Assembly (NCBI RefSeq): GCF_009914755.1 | Contig: NC_060942.1 | Strand: one strand, 5' to 3' | DNA from: the human T2T-CHM13v2.0 reference genome, Homo sapiens | Length of the DNA: 64,000 bases | In this document: positions 27,151 through 42,136 of the stretch, one piece after another | How the letters are laid out: every line of letters begins with the position of its first letter | Position numbering within the stretch: position 1 is the first letter of the stretch | Notes under the pieces: generated by a model | Database searches by the model: none | Seen by the model: the letters and a program-made list of their open reading frames with translations, nothing else | What the model was told of the DNA's origin: nothing | Translations under genes and position numbers: made by a program

Positions 27151-29769
27151 AAAAAGATTGTGTATGTATTCCATATATATTTGATTCAGGTGCCAGCAAG
27201 AGTTAATTTGGAAATTTAACACATTTGACTCAAATTCCCATTCAATACATTGTACATGTCCAAAGCACGTATTATTTCTGCAGATTTTTGGGAATTTATA
27301 TTTTCAGAGACATTTCTCCCTCTGGTCTCCCATGTTCACAGATTGCATACTGGATTTCACAGCATCAGCCCCGTCAGATTCCACTCAAAACAAACAAATA
27401 ATTTTAATACATTAATGGCTATGTTTCAGAGAACTTAATGTAGTCTATGATGTTTCTTTTCTGAATCCATCAACATGAGGCATGTTTTGATAAGGTGTCA
27501 TTGTGATACAATTTCGTGTAAATATAAAGAAAGCCAATATATCTGATGAAGTATGCTTATATTTTAAAATAAAGATAATTCTTTTTCTCCAATCCACATA
27601 TATGCCTAATATGGCACACTGAAATAAAGCTGGGTTTCCTACACGATTGATTGACACAAAATATTTATTATAGATCTCAAAAAAGAAAGATTTTTAGAGT
27701 CTTTGGTTGGCAGTGATGGCCATTAGAATTTTTTTCTTTCCTGACAGAGGTAGTCAACTTAATGTATATCTCAGGAAAAATCCTCATATAATATCTAATT
27801 CCACAAAGCCATCATATAACGTTTATGTTCAATAAATCTGTTTAAACAGAAAAGAGAAGATAACGAATCACTGTCCCCATGAAACGAGAAAAAAATTCAA
27901 TTCTATTTTCATTATTTTATAAATGTAAATGAATATATAAATCTAGTAAAAATTAATTTAAATAAAATTGGTCTGATATATTATGCAATTGCTCTATTTA
28001 AGCTACAGCAATCTCTCTCTCTCTCTCTCTCTTTTAATGACCTCAGGTCCCCAGGTGCTCTCAGTGGCAATATCTCAAGTCAATTCAGTTTAAATTGGCT
28101 GACAAGGATTTTAGGCTTTGAAATCACCTGTATTTTCCTAATGTAGGCATGAATCTTTATGGGTCATTTATACTGCATTAAATTTTGCTTTATATTTTGG
28201 CATGCAATAAAGTTTACTTTAATATTTTATACACATTATTTTAATGCTCTGTTTTCTCCTCATATATAACAAGATCACCTAAGTTATTTGCAACCTAATG
28301 TAGTTTCTAAGCAACTTGAGTATAGTGAGTCATTTTCTTAGTATCCATATTATTTAGTACTTTGCTTAGAAAATTATTTATTATTGATTTTATCTGCATA
28401 GTTCCATAAATGATTAAGCTTTTGTACATGGCATACAATGTAAGTTTGGTAACTGTTGTTTTAACTAAAGAATTGATGAAAATCAAAATAACTGTTTAAT
28501 AAGTGAGACTCTCTCCTAGGATCTTGAGTGAATTATTGAATTATCTGCTTCTTTATTTGACAGTTTTCAAGGATTTTTCTTTTATGTAGTTGTCAAACAC
28601 TTTATCTATCTGCAACCCACCCAAGAAAATAAGATTCATGTGTTTTGTTCATTCATGTATCTTCAGAATTTCACAGAGTACTTTGCCCTTTGTACAGATC
28701 TATTGAATTAAGAATTATTTTGGCCCACAAAATCCCATTCTAATTTGATCTATAAGACCATACGTAAGTTGGTCCCTATCTAAAATTCTAATTTCATATT
28801 GTACCACTTGTGACACTTACTTTGTATATCTCTCTGCTTATTTCTTGATTCCCAGCCATACTGTAATTATTTCTCCCTCAATCACTTCTTTTTTCTTTCC
28901 TCTGCCTGTAATGATCTTCCTAAGATTTTCAAGCATATTATTTCTCATTCATCAAATCTCAGTTTACCACCTTGTGTTGTATTCACAGTACATTTCCATG
29001 CCTGAAATCACTTTATATATCTATTTATTTAACCTACTGGATAACAACATAGACCTCTTTTATTTTGTCTACCCCTCTCTTCTCAACGTCAAGAGCAATA
29101 ACTGGTATACATTAGGGATTGATAAATATTTTTAAATTTTCTACATAAAAACACATAGTCTAGCATATAATAAATGATTCACAGAGCACATTGTAGAAAT
29201 TTTCCCTGCTCCTGCACATTTTACATTACCACTTTTTAATGTATTACCCTCTTGTCTCTGAATGACTGTACAAATACTTCACTTAAGCATCTTTCTCTCT
29301 CCATGCCATTTTCCCCCGGGACCTAAATTTTATTTTATTTGATCTCCTTTATGTCACTGTTCTAGTGAAAAAGAGGATACCTCTTTCTGTTAGACAGAAA
29401 GCAAAGTTGGCTAAAGTAGGCTACTTCTTATGTTCATTTTCAAATTTTCAAAAAAATGTAATTTTTCTTACTTGAACATGAAAAGACGAGAGGAAGAGCT
29501 CTCAATCATATGAACCACAGAACAATCACATAAAAGGAAAAAAAGAGATGTTACAGATTAAACATGATTCCTAGGGTTAAAGTCTTGGAGCTGCACTGCA
29601 TAATTTCTATTTTGTTCCTTTTTTTTTTCACTAAATGAAGGTATCATACTAACCTGTCTTAGTCTTAGTTTCGTTTTTCATTCATAAAATAGAGATATCA
29701 GAACCTACCTGACAGGAATAATAATACACCTCAAGAGATTTTGGAGTAGGTAAAAATGAAATAAATGTT

Positions 29770-29945
29770 AAAAAGTGCTAACTTTTAATGAATATTTATA
29801 ATGTGCTGAGAACTATTATAAATATTTTATATGTATTCACTTATTTAATCTTTACAACAACCATATGAGATATTGATGTATTCCATCCTGTTCTAGAGAG
29901 GAAAAAATCTAAGTCCCAGAAACTTTAAGCAATTTGCCTGAAATT
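29770..29945 (-). mobile_element. MIR relic
   Basis: TTATTTAATCTTTACAACAACCATATGAGATA...AAGCAATTTGCCTGAA. Confidence 0.65.
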
Positions 29946-29982
29946 AGTTTTCATCCAAAGAAAATATATCCTAAATAATCAT

Positions 29983-30355
29983 TGTATTAGTCTGTTTTCA
30001 CACTGCTATAAAGCTACTACCTGTAACTGGGTAATTTATAAAGAAAAGAGGTTTAACTGACTTACAGCTCCGCATGACTGAGGAAGCCTCAGGTAACTTA
30101 CAATCGTAATGGAAGGGGAAGTAGGCACCTCTTCACAAGCTGGCAGGAGAGAGAGCCTGTGAAGGAGGAACTGTCAAACTCTTATAGAACCGTGAGATCT
30201 TGTGAGAACTCGCTCACTATCACAAGAACAGCATGGGGAAAACCACCTCCATGATCCAACCACCTCTCACCAGGTCCCTCGCCCAACACTCAGGGATTAC
30301 GAGGATTACAATTTGAGATGAGATTTGGGTGGGAACACAGAGCCAGGCCACATCA
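29983..30355 (-). mobile_element. THE1D/MSTA-type MaLR solo LTR, complete
   Basis: TGTATTAGTCTGTTTTCACACTGCTATAAAG...GATGAGATTTGGGTGGG...CACATCA, with exact 5-bp TSD ATCAT at 29978-29982 and 30356-30360. Confidence 0.95.
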
Positions 30356-32089
30356 ATCATCCTATTAGATTAAATATCATTTCATGGCAAGATCATTTCT
30401 TAATATCAGCAGAAAGTACTGATGTTGCTGTGATTTGAATTGGGCCTTCAGCATCAGAGATCATTAACTTGTTATACTATTTCTATACAAACTATATACC
30501 TTGTATCTTACACTAGCAAGCTATATTATCTCTACATAATAAATTGGGTATCATAAACATAATTGTCAAAGAAACTATGGCAGATGAAGAATTAGCAAGA
30601 CAGAAGGAAGAATCTACATGAAATCTGGCAGATACAGTTTACTTAGGTTTTCCTAAGAGATGCATCAGTTTGTTAGTGAAGAAATACTGGAGGTTTATAT
30701 CAGAATCATACCATATGAACATTATAATTACTGTAAATACAACATTCTTAGTAAATCTTTGTGTTGCATTATTACTGATTCTTATATTTTCTCTGGTTAT
30801 TGGTAAGCTTAGCTAGCTAGATGGAGTGAAACTTTCTTTCTACTGCAGTCAATCTAAAAATCCAAAGTAGGCAAATTCATCTTTCATAAATCTCAGTGAA
30901 ATTTTACATTACTTCTAATTTTCTAAATTAACACATGAAGATTAATTTCTCTCTTTTACTTTTTGCATTGGTGTTGAGGCACATAATTTTGACTATCTTT
31001 TCTATTGTGCCTGCATGTTTACATACACATGTGTTCATGTACATTGCCATGTTAGAAAAATTACTGAATTGTTCTGATTGGAGTTTATCTTTCATCTTAA
31101 CAACAACAGCAACAACAAATGCATGCTGAAAAAATAATGAATGCATTGCAGCACATTGTTAGCAGTCGTTATTATGAAGAAAATGGTTTGCCTCTGTCTT
31201 TCGCGAATAGAACGTACAACACGCTCTGGCCCAGCCACACTCAGTATCATCCCATAGCGGTGAGTACCCTGCAGCCAGGGAGCACGTGATGGAAGGTTCG
31301 TGCTGCTAATATAAGGACTAGTGCTGTGATTTGCTCTGAAAGGTCTGTCATTGCTACATTTCTAAAAGGGTGGCCAAGCTGGGGTGCTGTAAAATAGAAA
31401 CAGACCTTCTAATTCAGTGATATTTAATTTAACAAGAATAGTAATTTAGGATATATATGTCTCCTGAGGGGGGAAAGAACATGAAACAACTGAATTTGCA
31501 GGTATATTATTGAATGCAAGACTAAATTATAAAGAGTATTAAGATTTCAAGGATGAAGCTTTTAACTGCATTAAATATATCAAGTAAAATTTAAGCTATA
31601 ATTATAGTTATGATTATAGCAACCATTTCCCGGGTAATCTACACTGTTCCAGATACTCTGCTTTTCACTTCCAGTACACGATCTACTAAACTCATGCACT
31701 ATTAATCACTCAATAGTTTAACTGACTAGGTTATTGTGTGATATATGGTAATCATTCATGTAAGATGCTATAAATAGAGCCGGAGTGCAGGTCGAAATGA
31801 TGACTGCCCCCGGGTTGTTTATTGTGAAAGAAAATGATACATCATTTTGTAAAACTGAGTTAAATATGATTAAGCAGTGCAGAATGTGATGCAGGAACAT
31901 AACCGAGAAACAATGATAAACTAGGGGGGATAAGATTAGAATCCCCTCGGTGTAAATAAATGTGAAACTAATATCAAACGAGTGAGTTTTGTGAGGAAAA
32001 ATGGTGAGGGGAAAGGGTAAAAGAATTAAGGAGTAGAGGCAAATAAAATATTTTTCATGCATCATCCAGGTAGCATGTATTGATTGACA

Positions 32090-32430
32090 ACTCCCAGTTG
32101 GGAAGTACTAGGAAGTTTCCAGGGAATTAAACAACTTCAGAATGGGCAGGACGAGTAGAGAGCAGTAAGGCTGGAGACACCAAGGGTGAGGTCACAGCAC
32201 ACCTTCTCAGACAGGCATCTAAAGGAGTTTGGCCTTTTCTATAAAGGCAATAAATAGGTAATGAAAGGTTTTGAGCCATGGAATGATATTTGTTTTAGGA
32301 AAATCCCTGAGAATGTAATCTGGAGAGTAGCAAGAGCAAAAGAAGGGAGAAGTGGCAAGAGGCTGCAGTTTTCAGGTGAAAATGATGGTGGCCTCGAGAG
32401 GGTAATAATAGTGGATAGAGAGCAGAAACT
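32090..32430 (-). mobile_element. L2 relic
   Basis: AAGGAGTTTGGCCTTTTCTATAAAGGCAAT...CAGGTGAAAATGATGGTGGCCT resembles antisense L2. Confidence 0.65.
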
Positions 32431-35400
32431 AAAGATACTTTCCTTTGTGTTATTTTATAGATGAGGAAATTAATTGGCTTAGAAGGACTTGAAGAGATTT
32501 CAGATCTTAAATTACAAATGAAATAAAGATATTTAGATAGAAACTACAATCATCAATTAAAAATAGGTACAATTTTAAAATAATAAAAATTTTTTCTTTC
32601 CCTCTATATAAAAATACATGCATATAGATACATATATGCATACATCTATATAGTATTAACTGTATTAATTTTTCAAAATTAAAATTATACTTCTGGTTAT
32701 GATTTCTAAAATAACTATTTCCCTGTGTTTTGTTTTTATGTGAGAAGTGTTTCTTCATATTTAACATTGTTTCATTAAACATTTGAAATTTTAAAATAAA
32801 ATGGGATCCTTCTACCATTCAAGCATCACATATATCCTCAGAAATGCAAATGCTTTGATGTAACAGCTCAAGACAGAAAAATTACAAGTGCTGTCTGATC
32901 TTCAGATACCACATATTTAACATGAGAAATACAGTGTCCACTTCAGAGGCTTTCTGTAGATTTTAGAAGAGCATATGAATGTAAGAGCTTAAAATGTTTA
33001 TTATAAAACACTCGGAGCTGACCAGTAAGACAAGTGGCTTGAATAAAAAGAAACTGAATCAGCCACATGATTGGTAGGCCAAATTGAAATAAATGTAGCA
33101 TGAGTCAAATGAAAAAGTGCCGAAAGATGAGCCCACTTGGGCTTGCTCAAAGTGGTATTGTCAGTGGTGAGGCTAGACCTGGAAGTTTATGGACACTAGG
33201 TGGGGTCTTGTGGCCTCTTTGGCCCTGGACACCAGAAGGTTCGCCTATGCTATGGAGGACAATGCAGAGCTTAAAGAAAAAAAGAAAATGGGGCCAATGT
33301 CACATGCTTAGAAATATCAGGGATGAGCCAGAAAAATGGTGTTTTTATTGAAAGTCACTATTTACATTCATCATAGCACCTAGTGTTAGACAACTTTGCG
33401 CAGTAGGTAATCAGCATGGATGTCACAGTAGCAGCTTTGTGTGCACATTCTTCCTCCAAGGCAAAGAAACCTGGGTTCCTCCCTGCAGCTGGGTCTCAGT
33501 GGTCTGGGCTGTACACAAGACTGAACATTCAGAACGTACAGGACAGTATAGCTGTGGGACCAAATATCTTTCCAGCCACCAAACCAAACAGGCCAAGCCA
33601 GTGTAACTTCTAGTGACATCAGGATGGAATACACATGTTTGGAACTCAAGATACACGGTGGAGGCTGAAAGTTTTCTCTAGTGGCAGGGATTGAGTCATT
33701 GGTGCTTTCAAAGTGGGGCATTTGGGGAGAATGTGCACTCATGTGTACTGAACTTGTCTGTATGTAATTTCTAGAGTCAGACAATATGGCATCAGTTCCA
33801 TTTGTAATGTCAAAATGTGCCAGATGACTGAGCTTGAGCAAACTCTGTAGGCTATTCATGCCTTAGTTTTCTCTTCAGTAAAATTGGATTTCTTTGGGAT
33901 TTTAAATTATAGTTAAAGCACAGTAGTGAAATAGGATTATGGATACTGGGAGTGCAATAGCTAAGGAGACTGAAAGGAAATATACAGGAAAAGTTTTGCA
34001 ATTCAGAGCTACAAATTATCTTACATTTGTCTATTCCTTGGTATCTCTGCCTAACAATTAGAGGAGTATTTCCATCACGTGGAACATTATCCCTCCATAA
34101 TGGTCACACTTCTAATCATGTACTAAAAACAAGAAGGAAACATATATGCATATTTGTGAACATTAGAGAGGCAATGAAATGGATATTGGATGCAGTTTAT
34201 AAAATTCAACAAAAATGGGCACATGGCTCTGAATAGGGCAATTTATGAGGGAATTCAATAGGAAACCTCTATATTCCAGAGAAACTCCAGGGGCTCTGAA
34301 AATTCCTCTATTATCAAAATAATTTTGCAAAATAATGAAAACAAGTGAAACAGGCTGCCCTCATGAAATAGAAGTGCAGATGTTGGGCCGGAAGTCTAGC
34401 TCAGATTTGGAGCCCCTTAGGCTGAATTCCCCACAATCAGGGCCTTGAGGAGGAAGATTACGCACATCTTGTCCTCTTCATTAAGAATCTCTCTAAGAAA
34501 GACCTATGGTCGCAGTGGAGATTAATTTTCTACTAGGTGGGAAACTTGGATCTAAATAGAATGTGACATTTCACACTGTAATTCAGCAACCTGTGTGGCA
34601 GGTGAATTCTGAAAACAGTTTCAAACGACATAGGTGTATACTGACAAAAAATATTTGAGGTGGACATATTGAGATTCTAACCCTGGACACTTGGAATATA
34701 AGGGCTTGGAATATGTGCTGATGGTCAGCACATATGCTGTTTACCCTCTAAGGCTCAGTGAGTTCTCCTGACAGGACTGCCCTCCCCAAATAAGAGCCAA
34801 GACCATGTTGTGTGAGGCTGAAAGAGCAGGTCAGTCAGCAGCTAATCAGGAAAATGGAAAGTACTCTGACAGGTAGTTAAAAATCGATATGAGGTTTGGA
34901 GAAGACAAAAGGGGATGGACAGGAAGGTTAAACAAAGTTGAGCAACTGCAGAAAGCCACTGTCACCCTAGGACCGAATGAGCAAGAGGAAATCTGCTGTT
35001 ACTCAGAGCTCCCCATCATCGTGCCACTTAGTCCCCCTGAGGTGGGGACCCAACTGTGGAGCAGCGTCCCAGAGGTTGCCCATGCTGGCTGCTTTTGCCA
35101 CACCCACTGCTAGCCATTACCAGGCATGCCAGCAAAAGCAGAGAAAAAATATCTCATCTCATTCCCCCTCCCAACCTCCTACTTACACTTTGCATTTGCA
35201 GAATACAGCAGGAGGCTGGCTGGCAGAGTATCTGGGAAAAGTAATTGTGAGGATGGCTTTAAAGGGCAAATGCAAAGCTGAGAAATAACAGATGCAATGC
35301 ATCATAGGCTAATTGCCCAGAGATGTTTCCCTTTTCAGTTTGTAAGAGTCAGTAACAATGGGGTTATTGACTGTGAGGGTCAGGAAAGTCTGAAGGGAAC

Positions 35401-35939
35401 CAGAAATTGAGGATTTACTTACTCTCCTGGTAAAATTAAACCCAATATTGCTCCGTTTAAGCCAAGGCTAACTTAATGATCTCTACATATGCGGGGATAT
35501 CACTGCTAAATCCAGAATCCTTGGCATTGTTGGGAAGAACCAGTGCTCTGAGAAAGGACCTATCTAGGGAAACATAAGAAGTGGATGCAATAAAAGAGAA
35601 AACGAGTAGAGCCATCTGAAAGCAAAATAATTATTTGTTTCTTTTATCTTTACACACTTAATCAGAAAATAAATTGTAGGATACATTTGGAAGGATATAT
35701 ACTTGTTGATAAAGATCGTAAAACTCAGTTTTTTATTGACTGCTTGCACCAAATTCATATTATGTTAGAAAGAAATACACATACATGTGAATATATACAT
35801 AGACTTACTTCCTTCAATTTGAGATTCCTTTAATTCAATCTCTTCAATTTCTTCCTTCAATCTGAAATTAAAAGAAGTAAGTCCATGAAAGTGTGGCTTC
35901 TAGTACAACATTTAAAAAGAAAAGATCACTAAGATTCTC

Positions 35940-36128
35940 AGAGAGAGAGAAAGAAAGGGGGAGGAGGAAAAAGAGGAGGAAGAGAGGGAGGAGGAGCAAG
36001 AGAAGGAAGACGAAAAGGGAGGAGAAGGAGCAAGAGAGGGAGGAAAAGGGGGAGGGGGAGAAGGAGCAGGAGGGAGGAGAAGAGAAAGGAAAAGAAGAAC
36101 AAGGAATAGGAGGAAGAAGAAGAGGAGG
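35940..36128. repeat. GA-rich polypurine low-complexity tract
   Basis: About 190 bp almost entirely G/A on the + strand. Confidence 0.92.
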
Positions 36129-37354
36129 TAGAAGTGATAATCTGGTTTTGCAGAAGTAAAGAAGTGGAAGATAAAATATACGGTGAGAAAAATGGAGAGA
36201 AGCTATTAGAAAAAAAATGGAGAGAAGCATGAGGCAATGCAGCGTTGAGTAAGAATCTTGTTAGCAGGCATGATCAATATCTTGGGAAAAAGCAATAGGA
36301 TTGCTCCCTTTGTTTCCCTGTGGGACAATAGATAAATCTGAGGGAGGAGACTTTTGGGAGAAGGGAGCTATATTAATAATGGTAAACTTAATTTCTACAT
36401 GGAAATAATAATTACATAAATACAAATTTTCTTGATAAAAGAGTATTTCTGTCATGACACATAAGAATGTAAATCAGGGAATAATCAGGGGAGTGGAGAT
36501 GGTAGGGAAGCAGGCAGCTAACATTGCATGGCTTCTGAATTTTACTTGTCCCTATTTACTTTTCCAATTCTTCTTGGAAATAGGAAAAGAAGGTGAAAAA
36601 TTCTGAAAAAATATTTGAGTGAGGAATGCAAACTTTACAGAGGGTCTTTTGGTTGGACGTCAGTGGCACATCCACATGCAACACAGGGAAGTTGGATGTG
36701 TACCCAGACATGAGAAATACAAGGAAACAATGCCACAGGGGACTCCTCAGTTTGGTGAGGTGGGGCAAGAATTCCCCTGCTCCTAACGGCGCAAACCCTA
36801 TATTAAAAGTAGACAAGCCAAGTGAAACCTTTTCACTCAAATCCGATCTGACTGAAGACTTCTAATTCTGCTCAGAACGTTCAAAGTTGCAAGAAAATGT
36901 CTCTCTCATCCTAAAATTTAGAATTTGGCTGGATAATGTAGAAAATCACAATGGCTCTTGAACCCAGGAGATAACTGAGCTTGTGAGGCAACCACAGAGT
37001 CTGCATCTGAGCTGTGATGAGCCTCTCTGAGGTGAAGGGTGCATGAACCACCTTGTCTTTGGCATAATACAGGAGGATCTGGTCACCACAGAGGCAGGTA
37101 AGAAGAAATCAGCTACAATTTTATTAAATTCTCATGGTCCAAAATGGGCTAATGTATCAGTTTAAAATATCTGGGAGCCCTAGGCAGAAGTGCAAGCTCT
37201 TTTCCACTGGCCTCCACTAGGTGCTCAAGGGAAAGATTAGGGCAGAAAAAAGACCAGGGTGACGACTAGGTGTACAGGTGTGCAGAGATAATTAATTGCT
37301 ACTGGGGGACAGGGAGAAGCATCAGACAACTCCGTGGAAAGCAAAAATGAACAG

Positions 37355-38054
37355 TGTAAAAGGAAAATAGCATCTCGGGACCTCAAACTCACTGTGCCAA
37401 AGGGAAAAGTTAAGCTTGGGAACTGGATCATGCAACACTGCCTCCCATTTTGTTCCTAAATATGTAGCTGCAAATATAGCAGCCCACATACCTCTTCAGT
37501 GGGCCTCCTTTATCATTTGCTCACAGGAAAATTCCTTGTGGGCTCCAAGATCTTTACCCTAAAACAGAGTTTTGTTGAGTTTCACCCTGACATCAATCAA
37601 ACGTTGATTATCTTCACAAGTACAGGACAAGACAAGCAAGAAGTCGTCTCTCCACTCACCTGAGACCAATGCATATTTGACTGCTTCCTTTCCTCTGCGT
37701 TTATCTTATATTATGTAAAGATGCAGACTTACTGAGCATGAAGGGAATGCATGGCTGACTTCCCTCTACATGCTCTTTTCACACGTAAAATGTGAATTCA
37801 GTGAACAATGATTAAAGCCTCAAAACAATGCACCCACCTGCGTCTTTTATCTACCCTCCCCTTTTTTTCTTTCCTCTCCCCTGCTGTCTGCTCTTTCCTC
37901 TTTAAATATTGAGATCCCTAAACTCTGTCAAAAGCATAGATCACAGATGGTTCTGTGATTTTGTGTTCCTTTTACTCAGGCACGTCCTCAGCCTTGGCAA
38001 AATAAAGCTCTAAATTGATGGAGACTCACCTTAGTCATTTTCTTTGGTTTTACA
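37355..38054 (+). mobile_element. MER4-family ERV1 solo LTR
   Basis: Starts TGTAAAAGGAAAATAGCATCTCGGGACCTCAAACTCAC, has an internal AATAAA, ends TTTTACA. Exact 4-bp TSD ACAG at 37351-37354 and 38055-38058. Confidence 0.9.
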
Positions 38055-38431
38055 ACAGAAAGCAAAATGCTTAAGGATCTTTCCTCATTAAAAACAAAAG
38101 CAAGATATCACATTCCCGGGCAATATCATGCCAAACAAAGATACAGTAGGGCACAGTAGAAGCAAACCTTTTTTTCCCTTGGGCGTGGGAAAAAACAAAA
38201 CAAAACAAAAACCCATTTTGGTCATAGTATACCACAATAAAAAGCAGAGGTGAATGTCACCGGAAGAGGTAGGGAACTGTCTTAACTAGGACCTGCCACA
38301 CATACAAGGCAGAGCTATGGCCAAGGGTGGGGTCTTAGTGTGTGTGACAGGAGGACTAAGAAGCTCCTGACATAGAGACCTAAGTCCACAGGTCCTGCCC
38401 AAGATTAAGACTGGTCCAGGATAACTGAGAA

Positions 38432-38478
38432 AAACAAAACAAAACAAAACAAAACAAAACAAAACAAAACAAAAAAAC
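38432..38478. repeat. (AAAAC)n pentanucleotide repeat
   Basis: Seen directly. Confidence 0.93.
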
Positions 38479-38974
38479 ACCCAGACATTCACATCACAAG
38501 ACTAACACTAAATATCCAGCAGTAGCAGTCTATTGTTTGGGGAGGAGGCAAGAGTATAGAGAGCGGGCTCCTCTATGGACAGTCATGCAGGATCTAAAAG
38601 GTCAAGAGAGAGTAAGAACCCTGGAAAAGCCCCCAGCAAGGCAAGCCCCGCAGTAAATACAAGGTAATGCCTGCCTGTTGCCAGAGAAGCTTGAAACCTG
38701 TGGACACCAAGGGTAAAGATAACAGTAATACAGGCAAATCCAAGCTCAAACATTGATTGATTGACTCAATCAATACATCACACTGTTGTCCTGACAGAAT
38801 AGGGGTAGCTATTCTTTGGCATTGGTAGTATTTATCTCAGTCTATACTATTTTTCCCAACATTGTCTCATTTTAATTCTAAAGAATAATGGAAAAATGGA
38901 CAACCCATTGCTAAAAGATAAATTACTCAACAAAATAAGACTCAAAGATGATTCAGGTATTAGAATCATGACAC

Positions 38975-39120
38975 ATACTGTCATTATACAAAATGTCAAT
39001 ATTTTGTTCATTATGGATTTTTGAATTAATTGTGATTTTTTTCTATTGCCTTAAAATATCACTTTTCTTCGTTACTGATTTTCTATTGCCCCCTTCAATT
39101 TTGCCTCACTCACCTCTTCC
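38975..39120 (+). mobile_element. MER96B-like hAT fragment
   Basis: AATGTCAATATTTTGTTCATTATGGATTTTTG...CCCCTTCAATTTTGCCTCACTCACCTC. Confidence 0.5.
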
Positions 39121-39894
39121 TATTTTATCAAACAGAAACTTTAAAATAAAACCATTAATATCTTAAATTATCCAGTGCATAATAAATAAGGACTTTCAAA
39201 AGAAGTATAAATATCATTTGAGTCTCCTCCAAAAGAGGAGAAAGAAGCAACAGGGAGGAAGTATATTTGAACAAACAACAATGACTGAGGATTCTTCAAA
39301 ATGAATGCAAAAGGAAAAGGAAAAACCTAGAAACATCATAGGAAAATTGTTGTAAATGACAAGGAGAATGTGGAGAGGCCAGTCAGGAAAAGAAAAATAT
39401 GTGATACACAGAGAAACAAAATAAGACTTACAGGTAGCTTCTTACCCAATTAATAGAGCAAGATCATTGCAAACCCAATTAATAGAGCAAGATCGTCAAA
39501 ATACTAAAGAATAGCAAATAATGTTAACTCAGATTTCTAGACCTAGTGAAAATATCTTTAAAAAATTAAAGTAAAATAAGACTTTTTAAGCAAATAAGTG
39601 TTGAGAAAAGACATTGCCATAAGACCTGCACTAAGCACCAAATAAAATGTTAGAGAAATATCTTTAGAAGAAGTAAGGTGCTGCCAGATGAAAATTTGAA
39701 TCTATAGAAGAAATAAGGATAATTGGAATGGTAAACATGAAGGTAAGTAGGCTGTATACACATACATATTTCTTGATAATCTAGAATAAAAATGAAATCA
39801 ATTATCCAACATGTCAATGTTCTAAGCACCCCAATTAAAAGAAAGGCCGTTGAGTTGTATAGAAAACAATACTCAAATACATGCTGTCTAATCA

Positions 39895-40232
<338 letters not shown>

Positions 40233-40282
40233 AGGAAAAGGATGAAATTATATCATACAAACACTAATCAGAATAATTGCTT

Positions 40283-40584
<302 letters not shown>

Positions 40585-40757
40585 AATAATTGCTTGATAT
40601 TTTACAAAAGCAAAAGGAAAAGAAGACTAGGCAAGAAAAAAAAAACCTCCTTAGATGGTAGAACTCAGGTTTAAAATTAAAACTTATTCTGGTGTCAGGC
40701 TAGTTGTATATTTTGACCTCTTTAAATGCTCTGAACTATGATATGGAGTAACAGCGA

Positions 40758-40795
40758 TGCTGCTGCTGCTGCTGCTGCTGATGGTGGTGGTGGTG
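40758..40795. repeat. Compound trinucleotide repeat (TGC)7 TGA (TGG)4
   Basis: Seen directly. Confidence 0.95.
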
Positions 40796-41794
40796 TTTTA
40801 ATATCGAATAAAAGTTGTGGAAACTAAATTTCATTTCTGCCAATTAACTAAGATTGCAAAGTTAAACATCTAGCTCTTTTTGAAACCAATGCTGAACCCC
40901 AGATTTGTATGATCTAAAGGGACTTTGTTCCTATTTTTTTAAGTAGAAAGAAATTAGTTTATATTTAAGAAACAGAATCTGAGTCTCACAAGAAAGAAAG
41001 CCAGCACCCGTGAGACCTCATATCAATGCCTTCAGATCTACCTTGGAATAAAATTAGAATAACTTAGCAGAACTTCCGAAATGACAGAAGTTAAATTTTC
41101 AGTGTCCCTAAGGGTCTTGAGCATTTAACCTCACCTCACATATTTCCAAAGGCTTTGATTAAAGTAGTTCAAGGACCACAGCTTATGGTGAGCAGATCAG
41201 AGGCCTCCAGCATGCTACTATTTAATTCAATTTCCCTTCTGAAACACTAGGTACTAAAAAGTGCCGGGTGACATTTAGAAACTACAAAACTCTGCAGTTC
41301 AATTCCATGGACTCCTTCAATCTGGCCTGCTTGGCTCCCTCTACTGCTTTTCTGCTAGCAAAAGATTTAGTTCTACAAATTGAGGTAGTATGTGTTGCAG
41401 GTTTGACAAATCATCTTGAAGACTTGGTCCTCATTCATTGTCCCCTGCAGCGAAAGGGATGGTTTGTTATCTAGAGACTCGGTGAAAGCACATGGCTTAT
41501 TCTCCAAAAAAAAAAAAAAAAAAAAAAAGGCACATAAATGTCTCCATATAGTTCTCGGTGAATTTGGAACAGGCTTTAGTAATTTATTCAGAGAGGAAGA
41601 AAGGGGAGAAAGAGAAAGAGATGTTTTCTTACAGTTCATAGTGTTTGTTTTTATATCACTATGTATGTGTTTTTGTAATATTTCCTTATACCACATAGCC
41701 ATGTTTCCCACTAAACCCTTCAAATTTTATATGTGAATAATTCCTGCAGCTGTTATCCCGACATGACTTAAATTTTATTCAATTACTATTTTCA

Positions 41795-42136
<342 letters not shown>

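Noticed and set aside
33386-33859. 157-aa minus-strand ORF
   Set aside because: No recognisable domain or exon structure; starts in MIR-like sequence; consistent with chance.
34600-35260. Possible LTR33/MLT1-like ancient LTR
   Set aside because: Resemblance too weak to assign a family or boundaries without a database search.
35868-36237. K/R/E-rich and L/S/P/F-rich ORFs
   Set aside because: Artefacts of the GA low-complexity tract.
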